A model generated the notes under the pieces. That model was not told the DNA's origin. It ran no database searches and saw only the letters and a list, made by a program, of their open reading frames with translations. A stretch of 64,000 nucleotides of DNA from an uncultured Nitrososphaeria archaeon (GTDB lineage Archaea > Thermoproteota > Nitrososphaeria_A > Caldarchaeales > Wolframiiraptoraceae). Below are positions 19,137 through 29,289 of this stretch, piece by piece. The position numbers and the translations under genes were made by a program. Position 1 is the stretch's first letter; the number at the start of each line of letters is the position of its first letter. The DNA lies in NCBI GenBank assembly GCA_964655015.1, contig CAZZKR010000007.1:511-64510 (forward strand), written 5' to 3'.

Positions 19137-20609
19137 TTGTCGTCTTTGAACGATGATAGAAAAATAATCCTAATGGCTTTAAAGAATGGCTATCACTTAA
19201 CCGAGGAAGCTCTAGAAATTTTAAGAAAATCGGAAGACCCGGTTGGAACGTTAACTACAGTGATAGAGCACGTAAAAAAGACGGACCCACACCGCATAGT
19301 ACTCGATGCTGCACTTATAGAAATGTTCGTTCAACAAACGACAGGTTTGCAGGAATCCGCGCCCGTGTATGAAGAGGAGTCCTTTACATGTCCTGAAGTT
19401 CAAATTATCCAATATTATCCTGAGGACGTCATAATTGAAGGGCGCCTCGAGGAATTTTACAGGTACTTTCACAGCCGTTACATAAAGCTCAGAAAAATAC
19501 TCGAAGAAAGGGGTATCAAGTTCATGCCTTTATCTGAAATTATAAAGATGAGGAAAGACCAGGATGTGGCCGCCGCTGTTATGATATTAGATAAAAGGGA
19601 CACGGAAAAAGCCATAATATTTGAATGCGAAGACCCTTCAACAAGCACAACGGTCCTCGTTCCAAAGAAATCCGGAGACGTTTTCACAAAGGCTGAGATG
19701 GTGCTGGTTGATTGTGTGGTTGGTATGAGATTAAGAAAGGTCAACGATACAATTATTGTTCAAGACATCATACAACCGGACGTTCCAATAAATCAAAAAC
19801 ATCCACAATCAGGACCTGATGTATATGTCTGCATAATATCCGACATTCACATCGGAAGTAAAAATTTCCGAAAAGATCTATTCGAATCTTTTCTTGATTG
19901 GATAAACAGAAGCAGAGATGGTGAGGTTAAAAGAGTGGGGTATGTGATTTTATGTGGAGATTTGGTTGACGGCGTAGGTGTGTATCCTGGACAAGAAAAA
20001 GAACTCGAAGTTGTCTCAATAAATGAGCAATTCAGCATGGCTGCCAAATTTTTATCAGAAATTCCTGAACGTATTAAATTGATATATTTGCCTGGAAATC
20101 ATGAACCGGTTAGAAAAGCATTACCTCAACCTCCATTACCAGAAGTTTACAGGAAAATCTTAGAGAGTAAGCGTGAAGTGTCATTCATTAGTAATCCGGC
20201 AAAAATTTTAATAGGAAATAGACTTATGCATCTGTATCACGGCCAAAGTCTTGATGACCTAATTCAAACATTACCAAACGTCTCATATAGCACGCTAAAC
20301 GAAACCATAGGTAAAATTCTCGAAGTTATGCTACAGGTTAGGCACTTGGCACCATGTTACGGTCAGAATACGCCCATCTTACCGCTTGATAACGACCCCT
20401 TAGTTATCGAGGAGGTGCCAGATGTGCTTTGCACAGGCCATGTACATGTGGCCGGTGTTAAATCCTACAAAGGCGTGCTTCTCGTAAATTCTGGTTGTTG
20501 GCAGGAGCAAACATCATTCCAACAAAGCTCCGGTCTTAAACCGACAGTCGGGACTGCCGTGCTTGTAAACTTAGCTGATATGTCAACGAAGATAAAACTT
20601 TTCAGCTAA
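19137..20609 (+). CDS. polD1: DNA polymerase D small (exonuclease) subunit DP1
   Basis: ISDIHIGS, GDLVDGVGVYPGQ, PGNHE, YHG, RHLAP.YG, GHVH phosphoesterase motifs. Confidence 0.95.
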   Translation: MSSLNDDRKIILMALKNGYHLTEEALEILRKSEDPVGTLTTVIEHVKKTDPHRIVLDAALIEMFVQQTTGLQESAPVYEEESFTCPEVQIIQYYPEDVIIEGRLEEFYRYFHSRYIKLRKILEERGIKFMPLSEIIKMRKDQDVAAAVMILDKRDTEKAIIFECEDPSTSTTVLVPKKSGDVFTKAEMVLVDCVVGMRLRKVNDTIIVQDIIQPDVPINQKHPQSGPDVYVCIISDIHIGSKNFRKDLFESFLDWINRSRDGEVKRVGYVILCGDLVDGVGVYPGQEKELEVVSINEQFSMAAKFLSEIPERIKLIYLPGNHEPVRKALPQPPLPEVYRKILESKREVSFISNPAKILIGNRLMHLYHGQSLDDLIQTLPNVSYSTLNETIGKILEVMLQVRHLAPCYGQNTPILPLDNDPLVIEEVPDVLCTGHVHVAGVKSYKGVLLVNSGCWQEQTSFQQSSGLKPTVGTAVLVNLADMSTKIKLFS

Positions 20610-20629
20610 AAACGATTTAGGTTGCCTTA

Positions 20630-21454
20630 ATGTTTACTGGAAGCATGCACATAGGTTTCATGAATAATCCTTGGCTACCGGTGTTAGATGAGATTAAGTT
20701 TGCCATAGAGAACAAATTCGACTTTATAGAGATAACAGTTGAATACCCCGAGGCCATGCCAGAAAGGCTGTTGCCCCTTTGCAAAGAAATAAGGAATGCA
20801 CTCAGAAAAAGCGGGTTGGGCGTTATATGTCACGTACCTTGGTATTTTCATATGGCCCATCCTTATCCAAGCGTGAGGCTGTGTTACGTTTCAGAGACGT
20901 TAAACGTCATAGAGGTAGCAAGGTTTTTAGATGCGACCAAGATAGTCATTCATACAGAATTTGCTGAAGGGCTTCCATCAAAATATTTCGGGGAAAATCG
21001 GAACGAGATGATCCGAAACTTCTCATTAAGCTTGGATAATATAAAAGAGAAAGCGAACGAGTATGGTATGTCGATTATGTTGGAAAACACTGACGATAAG
21101 GCTGCAACACTTAGCGAGCTGATCTGGTTACTCGACTCAAAGAACATTAAGGCAACACTCGACGTAGGCCACGCATTCTCAAACTATCATGGTGACAATA
21201 AAGCATTAACGGACTTCATAAAGGCGCTTGGTAACAGGATAGGCCATGTCCACCTAAGCGACAACTTCGGCTCTGGAGACCTGCATCTGCCGATAGGTGT
21301 GGGTAGGATATGCTGGCGAGACGTTCTGTCTGAACTCAAAAATTTAGGTTACGACGAAAGCATCACTTTAGAAGTCCACTCACCAGATAGGGATTATTTG
21401 CTATTGAGCAGGAATAAGGTTCTAAGGATTTTACGAGATTTAGGTTCTGTATAA
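20630..21454 (+). CDS. Sugar-phosphate isomerase/epimerase (AP-endonuclease-2 TIM barrel) family
   Basis: LEN...LDVGHA...HVHLSDNFG..DLHLPIG.G.I.W...TLEV. Confidence 0.85.
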   Translation: MFTGSMHIGFMNNPWLPVLDEIKFAIENKFDFIEITVEYPEAMPERLLPLCKEIRNALRKSGLGVICHVPWYFHMAHPYPSVRLCYVSETLNVIEVARFLDATKIVIHTEFAEGLPSKYFGENRNEMIRNFSLSLDNIKEKANEYGMSIMLENTDDKAATLSELIWLLDSKNIKATLDVGHAFSNYHGDNKALTDFIKALGNRIGHVHLSDNFGSGDLHLPIGVGRICWRDVLSELKNLGYDESITLEVHSPDRDYLLLSRNKVLRILRDLGSV

Positions 21455-21564
21455 CAAACGATTTTTGAACATAACGATGAGTTTTATGCAACCATAGCGT
21501 AAAGAAGTATTGGTTTTTGTCTTTTCCGGCTACGTAATGTTGTTGATGAAACTGTCGTTTTGAT

Positions 21565-22707
21565 TTAAGGTGGTAAAAATATGAGCTTTTCTGGTGGTAG
21601 TATTTTGTTTATTTGGTTTGCTATGAGCATATACAATCCTCCCTTAAGCATTCTGAGCGGTGATAAACTTCTTTCTAGCTCCTCGTTCGAGGAGAACCTT
21701 TTCCTCTGCTTCTCTTTATTCGCCTCGATCTTCTTGACGACTTCCTTCATCAAGCTTTCGTATATCTTTACAGCCTCTAATCCTTCCTCAGCCTTTGTTA
21801 TGGCCTTTACGGCTAGACGTCCACTGAGGGCCGCATTGTCCATGCCGACGCCCCGATAGAGATCGACCAATCCAGCAGCATCACCGATCAACAATATTCT
21901 TCCTTCTCCCAAGTACACCGTGTCTCTCAATGTTGAAGAGAAACCCTCCCTCTTAACAACTTTGCCCCTAAGCCCATACATCTCCTTGACATAATTAAAG
22001 AACCTGTTAGCATACTCTAATGGATTCTCATTAGCGCCCGTGCCGATCACCCACATATTATCCTTCAAATAAACCCATGCGAACATTAGTGGGCAGAATT
22101 CTCGTTTGTAAAACATATATAGCGTATTAGGATCCAAGTTCGCCTCTCCAACAAAGTAATAGTTTATTGTCGCACCTAAGGCTTTTCTATCAAAGTCCTG
22201 CGGTCGCAATTTTCGCCTAACTCTAGAAAGCATCCCGTCAGCGCCGATAAGGTAACGGGTTTTAATCTCCTTATACTTACCATCCATTGAAACTTTAACG
22301 GTTATCTTACCTTCGCTTTTCTCATCAACAAAATCTACTAACGATGCATTATCGCAAAACTCTGCACCAGCATCCGCGGCGAGCGAGTTGAGCCAGCTGT
22401 CAAAGGTGGACCTCCAAAAGTTCAATATCTTCATCTTTCCCTTCAAAACCTCGTCCTTTGGGGTTATGATCTCCACCTTAAAGAGCTCGTTTTTACAAAG
22501 CTTGTCCTTTGGTATCTTCTCGCCGATAAGTCTCTCAAAATATTGAAACTGAATTCCAGAGCAGGGCTTGTTCCTAGGGGTCTTGTATTTTTCAAGCAAT
22601 AAAGTCTTGAAGCCCTTTTTTGCAGCAAACCTTGCGGCAATGGAACCAGCTACTCCACCACCAACGACGATTATATCATATTCTTCCATGCCTTTCACAT
22701 CAACCAA
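21565..22707 (-). CDS. Geranylgeranyl-reductase-like FAD-dependent oxidoreductase
   Basis: DIIVVGGGVAGS Rossmann, LEK..PR.KPC, LIGADG..S.VRR, LLIGDAAGLV. Confidence 0.8.
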   Translation of the reverse strand: MVDVKGMEEYDIIVVGGGVAGSIAARFAAKKGFKTLLLEKYKTPRNKPCSGIQFQYFERLIGEKIPKDKLCKNELFKVEIITPKDEVLKGKMKILNFWRSTFDSWLNSLAADAGAEFCDNASLVDFVDEKSEGKITVKVSMDGKYKEIKTRYLIGADGMLSRVRRKLRPQDFDRKALGATINYYFVGEANLDPNTLYMFYKREFCPLMFAWVYLKDNMWVIGTGANENPLEYANRFFNYVKEMYGLRGKVVKREGFSSTLRDTVYLGEGRILLIGDAAGLVDLYRGVGMDNAALSGRLAVKAITKAEEGLEAVKIYESLMKEVVKKIEANKEKQRKRFSSNEELERSLSPLRMLKGGLYMLIANQINKILPPEKLIFLPP

Positions 22708-22781
22708 ATTTGCAGAAAACCATGCCCATGTTATTAATTTTCAAATTTTCTGTCGTTTTTTCGGAGTAATGTTTATGAGGG

Positions 22782-23402
22782 CTACTCGCCAGTTACGATA
22801 TATTTTACGGCCTCGCCTATATAGGTGGCATGATCAGCTATTCTTTCCAAGTACCGCAAAATCAGTGCTGTAGCCATATCACATTTCTTTCCAGATGATG
22901 GGTTTTCGATTGCTTTCTTAACAAATCCTATGTAGGCCCTGTCAATCTCATCATCCATTAACTCTAGCTTTTTAGCTAATTCGACGTCTTTGTTTTTGAA
23001 AGCGATTACGCTTATGTGTATCATCTCGCATACCTTTTTGCCCGTTTTCTTGACTATTTCTTTATCACACTCGCTCAAATCACCAAACATGCTAAGAACT
23101 TGGGATATGTCATAGGCGTATCTGCCATACCTAAAGAAGCCGTATGCAATCTCCATACAGGAACGAATGTAGCGAAGATCACTCGCGACGGGTTGATATC
23201 TGGCAATCAGTTCCATGCTCAGCTCTGCCACCTCGCCCTCCAAGATACGCAATTGAGTAGATGTCTGAAAAACATCGTTGGAAACGTCGCGCCCACTCAC
23301 GTAACCCTCGATGGCCATTTCAACAACCTTGCTACTGATTGTTGCCATGTCCAATATCATGTTGGTGAGTTTTTCCAATCCCTCATCCAAAAGCCTCTTC
23401 AA
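22782..23402 (-). CDS. phoU: Phosphate transport system regulator PhoU
   Basis: IARYQPVASDLR...D.EID...RYLERIADHATYI.E; last gene of the pst operon. Confidence 0.95.
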   Translation of the reverse strand: MKRLLDEGLEKLTNMILDMATISSKVVEMAIEGYVSGRDVSNDVFQTSTQLRILEGEVAELSMELIARYQPVASDLRYIRSCMEIAYGFFRYGRYAYDISQVLSMFGDLSECDKEIVKKTGKKVCEMIHISVIAFKNKDVELAKKLELMDDEIDRAYIGFVKKAIENPSSGKKCDMATALILRYLERIADHATYIGEAVKYIVTGE

Positions 23403-24187
23403 ACCTTTACACCATCCAGAACCCTGCCTGTTATGAACAACTCCGTCAACTCGTTAACTGGAGACTTTAATACAGTTGCGGCAGGACCGAATTCTATCAA
23501 CTTGCCGTTGTAGATGAAAGCTATGAAGTCTGCTATCCTGCCCGCTTGGTCAACGCTATGCGTAACAGTTATGACTGTATATCTCTCCTTCAACCTAACC
23601 ATGAGTTCTTCTATTCTTTTTGTGTTATATAAATCGAGACCCGTCGTCGGTTCATCAAACAGTATAATCTCCGGTTCAAGTGCGAGTGCTCTTGCGATAC
23701 AAAGTCTTTGTTGTTGACCGCCGCTTAACCTCCATGCCGCCTCATTCAGCCTGTCTTTCACCTCATCCCACAGTCCAGCCTCTTTTAGTTTTTCTTCAGC
23801 CAGTCTTTCTAAGTTTTTTTTGCCCTTAGCTATACCGTTCAGCATAGGCCCTATTGTCACGTTTTTTAAGATTGAGAGGTGAGGAAACGGGTTTGGTTTC
23901 TGAAATACGTAACCCACCTTTCGTCTAAGGTATGTTGGGTCAAGCGTATAAGCATCATGAAACTTACCCTCTATACTAATCCAAACTTTCCCCGAGACTT
24001 TAACTCTTGGAATCAACTCAATAAGCCTATTAATGCTCCTTAACAACATGGTTTTTCCGCTACCTGAAGGTCCTATTATGGCGGTAACAGCGCACTTCGG
24101 AAAGTCTATACTAATGCCCTTAAGTACCTCTTTCTCATCTATGCTGACGCGCAAGTCTTTTACACTAACAGCTACTCCATTTAACAA
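23399..24187 (-). CDS. pstB: Phosphate ABC transporter ATPase
   Basis: GPSGSGKT.LLR.INR...VFQKPNPFP...LSGGQQQRLCIARALA.EP..ILFDEPT. Confidence 0.95.
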   Translation of the reverse strand: MLNGVAVSVKDLRVSIDEKEVLKGISIDFPKCAVTAIIGPSGSGKTMLLRSINRLIELIPRVKVSGKVWISIEGKFHDAYTLDPTYLRRKVGYVFQKPNPFPHLSILKNVTIGPMLNGIAKGKKNLERLAEEKLKEAGLWDEVKDRLNEAAWRLSGGQQQRLCIARALALEPEIILFDEPTTGLDLYNTKRIEELMVRLKERYTVITVTHSVDQAGRIADFIAFIYNGKLIEFGPAATVLKSPVNELTELFITGRVLDGVKV

Positions 24188-24190
24188 CCT

Positions 24191-25048
24191 CTACACACCT
24201 GTCCACGATTTTTTGGTAAGTCGCCTGGCTAAAAATCCAATCCCCATTATCAGTAACAGAAGGAAGAGGGATGCCGCCCATGCCTGGGTTTGCCACTCCT
24301 TAAATGGTGAGAGTCCATAGACGTATATAAGGACCGGTATAGATGGTGCCGGCTCCGTCCACCTACTGAACCAGAAGTTGCTGATTCCGTTACTGACTAT
24401 TATAGGTGCAGACTCCCCAGCTATCTTCGCAAGTCCTATCAGCACGGCAGTAACGACGCCGGCCTTAACTGCAGGCAGAAGTATCCGGAAGATGACTTGT
24501 CTACTCGAAAGGCCGAGGGCGTAAGCACCCTCCCTGATATCACTAGGTATTGTCAGGAACGCCGTCTCGACACTCCTAGCGACTATAGGTATCATAATTA
24601 GGGCTAGCGCGAACGATGCGGCGAAAGCCGCTGGACCTGTTGCTAGTATGCCAGTAACTTTCGACACTAAGAATATGTACGTGACGACTCCGACAAGTAC
24701 TGTGGGGAACTCGACTAAGATGTCACTCACAAAACGGGCCGCTTTGGCTATGAGGCTGTCTTTACGTTCGGCTAAGTATATGCCAGCGAGTATGCCCGTC
24801 GGAACACCTATTAAGAGTGCCAGACCTAACATGTAAAAGGAGCCTTGTATTGCGTGTCCTATACCTCCGCCCTCGATACCTGGTGGCCTGCCTATGTCCG
24901 TGAAAAACTCGATGGGCCTATTAACGATGTAATGCCCTCCTCTTATGATAGACTCAAAAAGTATCCAAGCTAATGGAATAATCAGCAATAAGAGAGATAG
25001 GTATGCCAAACACGTATAAAGCATGTCCCTAAACTTTTTTAGCCTCAT
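24191..25048 (-). CDS. pstA: Phosphate ABC permease PstA
   Basis: GGIGHAI.GS...GILAGIYL.E...REGAYALG...GESAP. Confidence 0.95.
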   Translation of the reverse strand: MRLKKFRDMLYTCLAYLSLLLLIIPLAWILFESIIRGGHYIVNRPIEFFTDIGRPPGIEGGGIGHAIQGSFYMLGLALLIGVPTGILAGIYLAERKDSLIAKAARFVSDILVEFPTVLVGVVTYIFLVSKVTGILATGPAAFAASFALALIMIPIVARSVETAFLTIPSDIREGAYALGLSSRQVIFRILLPAVKAGVVTAVLIGLAKIAGESAPIIVSNGISNFWFSRWTEPAPSIPVLIYVYGLSPFKEWQTQAWAASLFLLLLIMGIGFLARRLTKKSWTGV

Positions 25049-25953
25049 CTCATATACCCTCCAAGAAGTTTACTATATATCAACCTGGATGCGAGGACTG
25101 TTGATATCGAAATCAGAAAGAGGACTAAACCAAGTCCTATGAGGGCTGCGGCTTCAGTCCCCGTCGCCTCGGCAAAGTTGTTAATTATGAGTGTAGTTAA
25201 GGTGCATGCTGGCTCCAACAGGGAGATTGAAAAGCTACATGTGTTGCCTATTACCATGGAAATGGCCACGGCCTCTGCTATCGCCCTTCCAAGCGCCAAC
25301 ATGAGCGCCGCAAATATTCCTGGCTTAATGTAGCTTAATGCAATTCGTATGACTTCCCATTTGGTGAGCCCGAGCGCGTACGCCGCCTCTTTTATTTCCA
25401 TGGGCACTAAACGTAAGTTTTCTTTTATGACCGATACGGCGAAAGGTGTTATCATGTAGCTGAGCACGAGCGCCGCAGTCAGCTTATTATAAGCCGTCAA
25501 AGTCCTGGCTTGAAATATTGGCAAGAAACCCAGATTTTCTACCAAAAACTTGTAAAGCGTATTAGATAAGAATGGCCCTAAACTTAAGACTCCCCAAAGC
25601 CCTACGACGACGCTCGGAATCGCAGCTATCATATCAATAATCATTCCTAACCTTTCTGACAACCACTCAGGTAGTAGCTCGGACATAGCCACCGCTGCCG
25701 CTATACTTACAGGTGTGGTGATTAACAGCGCCAAGCCCGCTGTTAGTAAAGTGCCGTAAATAGCTTGAAGTGCGCCATACTTTTGTTCAGGCAAGCTCCA
25801 TTCTCGGCCTAAAATGAAATCTAAGAAGGAGAACTTTGAAAAGAACTCAGAAGCACCGTAAAGTTCTCCGAAGAAGTAGAACGGTAGAATAAGTATCAAA
25901 AATAAGGCAAAACTTCCCAAAAATATAAAAATGGTTTTTCTTACCTTGACCAT
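25045..25953 (-). CDS. pstC: Phosphate ABC permease PstC
   Basis: IYGTL...AAIPSVV.GLWG...EAAYALG.T.WE...LGRAI.E..A..MV.GN. Confidence 0.95.
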   Translation of the reverse strand: MVKVRKTIFIFLGSFALFLILILPFYFFGELYGASEFFSKFSFLDFILGREWSLPEQKYGALQAIYGTLLTAGLALLITTPVSIAAAVAMSELLPEWLSERLGMIIDMIAAIPSVVVGLWGVLSLGPFLSNTLYKFLVENLGFLPIFQARTLTAYNKLTAALVLSYMITPFAVSVIKENLRLVPMEIKEAAYALGLTKWEVIRIALSYIKPGIFAALMLALGRAIAEAVAISMVIGNTCSFSISLLEPACTLTTLIINNFAEATGTEAAALIGLGLVLFLISISTVLASRLIYSKLLGGYMR

Positions 25954-25968
25954 TCTGGTCGCAGCTCC

Positions 25969-27114
25969 TCACTTCCCTTGTATATAAGAAACTCCTTTCA
26001 GACCAATCTGCACCGCATTGTCCGGCAAGGGAACGTAGCCAGGTACGTCAGCAACGTATCTCTGTCCTTTCTCGTACACCCATGTTAAGAATTCACGCAA
26101 GGCTGCCGCCTTTTCGGGCGAGTTCTCGACGTATAGCATTACATAGCTAAAGCTCACGATGGGATATGCATCTGGACTCGGCGGCTCGAGCTTAATTAAT
26201 GAGACATCGCTCCAGTCGTCGAGAGGATCTGGCAAACTCACTTGCTCAATAACGGACCTAACTGCCTCCGTTACGCTTTCCATTGATGCGTTTACGAATT
26301 TGCCTGCTTTATTCTCTACTGCAGCGTGGGGCAGTCTGTTCAGTATAGCGTATGACAACTCCACATATCCTATGCTATACTGTGTATTCCTCACGGCCTC
26401 GGTAACGCCCTCGTTGCCCTTAGCGCCTATGAAGCGCGTCCTATCGGCCTCTTCGTCTGGAAGCTTGAATGATAGGTCGCTCGGGAACTTCCCATTACTA
26501 ACCTTTTCCAAAAAGCTCGTCCAGATGAAGGTTGTTCCGCTTCTGTCTGCTCTGTAGACAACGATTATCTCCTTGTCTACGTTACTAAGTTGCGGATTAA
26601 GACTTACTATTTGGGGATCGTTCCACCTCTTTATGCTCCCGTCGAAGATCTTTAGGAGGACCTCTTGTGAGAACTTAAGCTCGTCCACGCCTGGTATGTT
26701 GAATATCGCGACGACCGAACCTATGGTTATGGGTATCTGTATAACGCCTCCTCTGACACTTTTTAACGCCTCCCAATCGCTCCTCTTTAAGGGGGCGTCG
26801 CTGGCCGCAAAGTCCACAGCTTGCTCCTTAAGCTTTGCTATTCCCTGTCCGCTACCTATGCTTTGGTAATCAACACCGAAAAGACCCTTCTCTCTTTGAA
26901 ATTCATAGGCCCATTTTTGCATTAACGGATTAACGAAACTGGCTCCACCAGCCAAGAGTTTCTCTGGCCATCGAATAGTTGATGTCGGAGTCTGGGTCGG
27001 TGTTGTCGCTTCTTTTGGTATATTTAACGCAATTAGCGCTACCATAACAACGATTACGATGACAGCAATCGCGGAACCCAAGGCTACGGTTTTTGAGATA
27101 CCTTGCCTGTGCAT
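25969..27114 (-). CDS. pstS: Phosphate-binding protein PstS, N-terminal membrane anchor
   Basis: GASF..P...W...Y.SIGSG.G...DFAASD...YR.D.SGTT...IGYVE...YPI. ATG at 27114 preferred; the ORF-track extension runs through the AT-rich promoter. Confidence 0.95.
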   Translation of the reverse strand: MHRQGISKTVALGSAIAVIVIVVMVALIALNIPKEATTPTQTPTSTIRWPEKLLAGGASFVNPLMQKWAYEFQREKGLFGVDYQSIGSGQGIAKLKEQAVDFAASDAPLKRSDWEALKSVRGGVIQIPITIGSVVAIFNIPGVDELKFSQEVLLKIFDGSIKRWNDPQIVSLNPQLSNVDKEIIVVYRADRSGTTFIWTSFLEKVSNGKFPSDLSFKLPDEEADRTRFIGAKGNEGVTEAVRNTQYSIGYVELSYAILNRLPHAAVENKAGKFVNASMESVTEAVRSVIEQVSLPDPLDDWSDVSLIKLEPPSPDAYPIVSFSYVMLYVENSPEKAAALREFLTWVYEKGQRYVADVPGYVPLPDNAVQIGLKGVSYIQGK

Positions 27115-27221
27115 GCGTTTCCCTCGCCAGCCGCAGATACTTTTGCTGTATATATAGATTGTGAACCAAAAATATATTGAAATAAAGATATATATAGTGA
27201 AATATAGATACCTCTTATTGT

Positions 27222-28259
27222 ATGGAGCAAGCATACCTCAGAAAAATTCAGATGTCTGGCGGCTCAACGCTAATAGTTTCGTTACCAAAGAAATGGGTAA
27301 AGTTGGTCGGTTTGAAAAAACTTGACGAATTACTCATGGTTCCGCAGCCTGATGGTACGCTTCTCGTTATGCCGTATAAAAAAGGCATCACCAACGAGGC
27401 GTGCATAGAGTTCTCTTCTCAAACAACGGCTGATGAGATTGTCAGGGCCTATATATCCTACTACCTAGCAGGTTATGACACCATCAGGATAAGGTTCGAG
27501 AGACCCTTACCCGAGCTCGCTCAAAAGGTTAAGGACAGCATTAGGCGATGGCTTGTGGGTGTGGAGATAGTCGAAGAATCTTCGATTGATATGCTCACGA
27601 TGTGCCTCCCGATTCATGCAAATCTTCCGTTAAAGAATGCGATTGAAAGGATGGGCAGAATAGCATCCGCTATGCAAAAAGAGTCATTCGTGGCATTCGT
27701 GGAAGGTGACAAATCCTTGGCCCAAGAGATAGTTGCAAGGGATGACGAGGTTGACAGATTATACCACTTTATAGTAAGGCAGTTAAACCTAGCAATTTCC
27801 AATCCGCTTATACTGCTTTCTTTGGGGCTTTCCAGCAGGCAAGACTGCCTCGGTTACATGCTTGTCGCTAAAAGTATAGAGAGAGCAGCGGATCATGCAC
27901 TAGCTATAGCCGAATCAGTGAGCGCCTCAAAACTTAACAATTCTAACATTATGGATGCCATCGAGAAAGTCGGTAAACTTTCTAACACGTTATTCGAGGA
28001 TGCCCTCTCAGCATTATTGAAAGGGGACATCAAGCTCGCGAACGATGTTATAGTCAGGGCTTATGATTTAGTAAAGAAAATAGAAGATATCGAAGTACAG
28101 TTGTTATATCAAAAGCATAATGTGCCGCTCGCAATCTTGGTGAGGTCAGCGCTTGGTAATGTGAAAAGAATATCGGAGTATAGTGCAGACATCTCTGAAG
28201 TGACTGTTAACCTATCTGTTGCAAAGCCTAGGATGACGAGCGGCTCCCTTTCACCCTAA
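27222..28259 (+). CDS. Archaeal phosphate uptake regulator (AbrB-type N-domain plus two PhoU domains)
   Basis: RKIQ.SGGST..VSLPKKW AbrB motif; RDDEVDRLY, ER..DHA PhoU motifs; divergent from pstS. Confidence 0.92.
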   Translation: MEQAYLRKIQMSGGSTLIVSLPKKWVKLVGLKKLDELLMVPQPDGTLLVMPYKKGITNEACIEFSSQTTADEIVRAYISYYLAGYDTIRIRFERPLPELAQKVKDSIRRWLVGVEIVEESSIDMLTMCLPIHANLPLKNAIERMGRIASAMQKESFVAFVEGDKSLAQEIVARDDEVDRLYHFIVRQLNLAISNPLILLSLGLSSRQDCLGYMLVAKSIERAADHALAIAESVSASKLNNSNIMDAIEKVGKLSNTLFEDALSALLKGDIKLANDVIVRAYDLVKKIEDIEVQLLYQKHNVPLAILVRSALGNVKRISEYSADISEVTVNLSVAKPRMTSGSLSP

Positions 28260-29116
28260 AGTTCTGAAACGACTCTGTTCCTGATAGTCCCTATGTTCTC
28301 TATCGATACCTCTACGACATCCCCAACCATTAATAACTTGGGCTCAGGCTTCATGAAGTATCCAACACCAGCCGGTGTTCCCGTTGATATCATGTCGCCT
28401 GGCTCGAGAGTCATAACCATGCTCATGGAAGATACTATCTGGGGTATTTTGAACACCATGTTGGCCGTTGACGAATTCTGTCTTAATTCGTTATTCACTT
28501 TTGTGAGTATTCTAAGCCGATGTGGGTCAGGAATTTCATCTTTAGTTACAATCCAAGGACCGCATGGAGCAAAAGTGTCAAAACTTTTTCCACGAGTCCA
28601 TTGTTTGTCACCAAACTGTATGTCCCTCGCCGAAACATCATTCATGACTGTGTATCCGAAGACGTATTCCATCGCATCTTCTTCACGGATATTCTTACCG
28701 CGTTTGCCTATAATAACAACCAACTCACCCTCATAGTCGAGTTGCTTAACTATCTTCGGATAAACGATATCATCATATGGTCCTGTAAGGCTAGTCCTTG
28801 GCTTAAAGAATATTATCGGCTCGGCAGGTGGTTTCACACCTTGTTCTTCGGCATGATCAATGTAGTTTAAACCCAGGCAGATAATCTTGCCCGGTTTTGG
28901 AATTGGCGGCAGGAGATGAAATTTATCGAGAGGTTCGGCATATTTTTGAAATTTTTGCAAATCTTTCCTAAGCGCCTCTATAAGTGCCCTTTCAGCTATA
29001 AAATCTGTGATATCATCTGGAAGTTTGATACTTAGTGCATTTCTTCTAATGAGCTTACCATCTAAGACTATGCCGTAATCCGCTTCATCACCTATTTTAT
29101 AGCTTGCAATTTTCAC
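28256..29116 (-). CDS. Fumarylacetoacetate hydrolase family protein
   Basis: KIICLGLNY..H...P..FFK...LDYEGEL...NDVSARD...K.FDTF.P.GP...PGD.I.TGTP.GVG; start uncertain (29116 or 29155). Confidence 0.93.
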   Translation of the reverse strand: MKIASYKIGDEADYGIVLDGKLIRRNALSIKLPDDITDFIAERALIEALRKDLQKFQKYAEPLDKFHLLPPIPKPGKIICLGLNYIDHAEEQGVKPPAEPIIFFKPRTSLTGPYDDIVYPKIVKQLDYEGELVVIIGKRGKNIREEDAMEYVFGYTVMNDVSARDIQFGDKQWTRGKSFDTFAPCGPWIVTKDEIPDPHRLRILTKVNNELRQNSSTANMVFKIPQIVSSMSMVMTLEPGDMISTGTPAGVGYFMKPEPKLLMVGDVVEVSIENIGTIRNRVVSEL

Positions 29117-29289
29117 GAACCTAACACCGCATCCTAAAATCAAATAGTTATCCAATCTTAAACCTTTCCATTCAATTCTTCAATGGTAACTTGGATTGTA
29201 TAGCAAATGATGAAATAAGGGGCGTTGTCTGACAAATATAATTAATAATCGCCATCAAATCAATCAAGGCACTCAATAAATTGGAGCGA

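Noticed and set aside
21455-21564. C/D-box sRNA (ACGATGA and TTGATGA words)
   Set aside because: No CTGA D box at a suitable distance.
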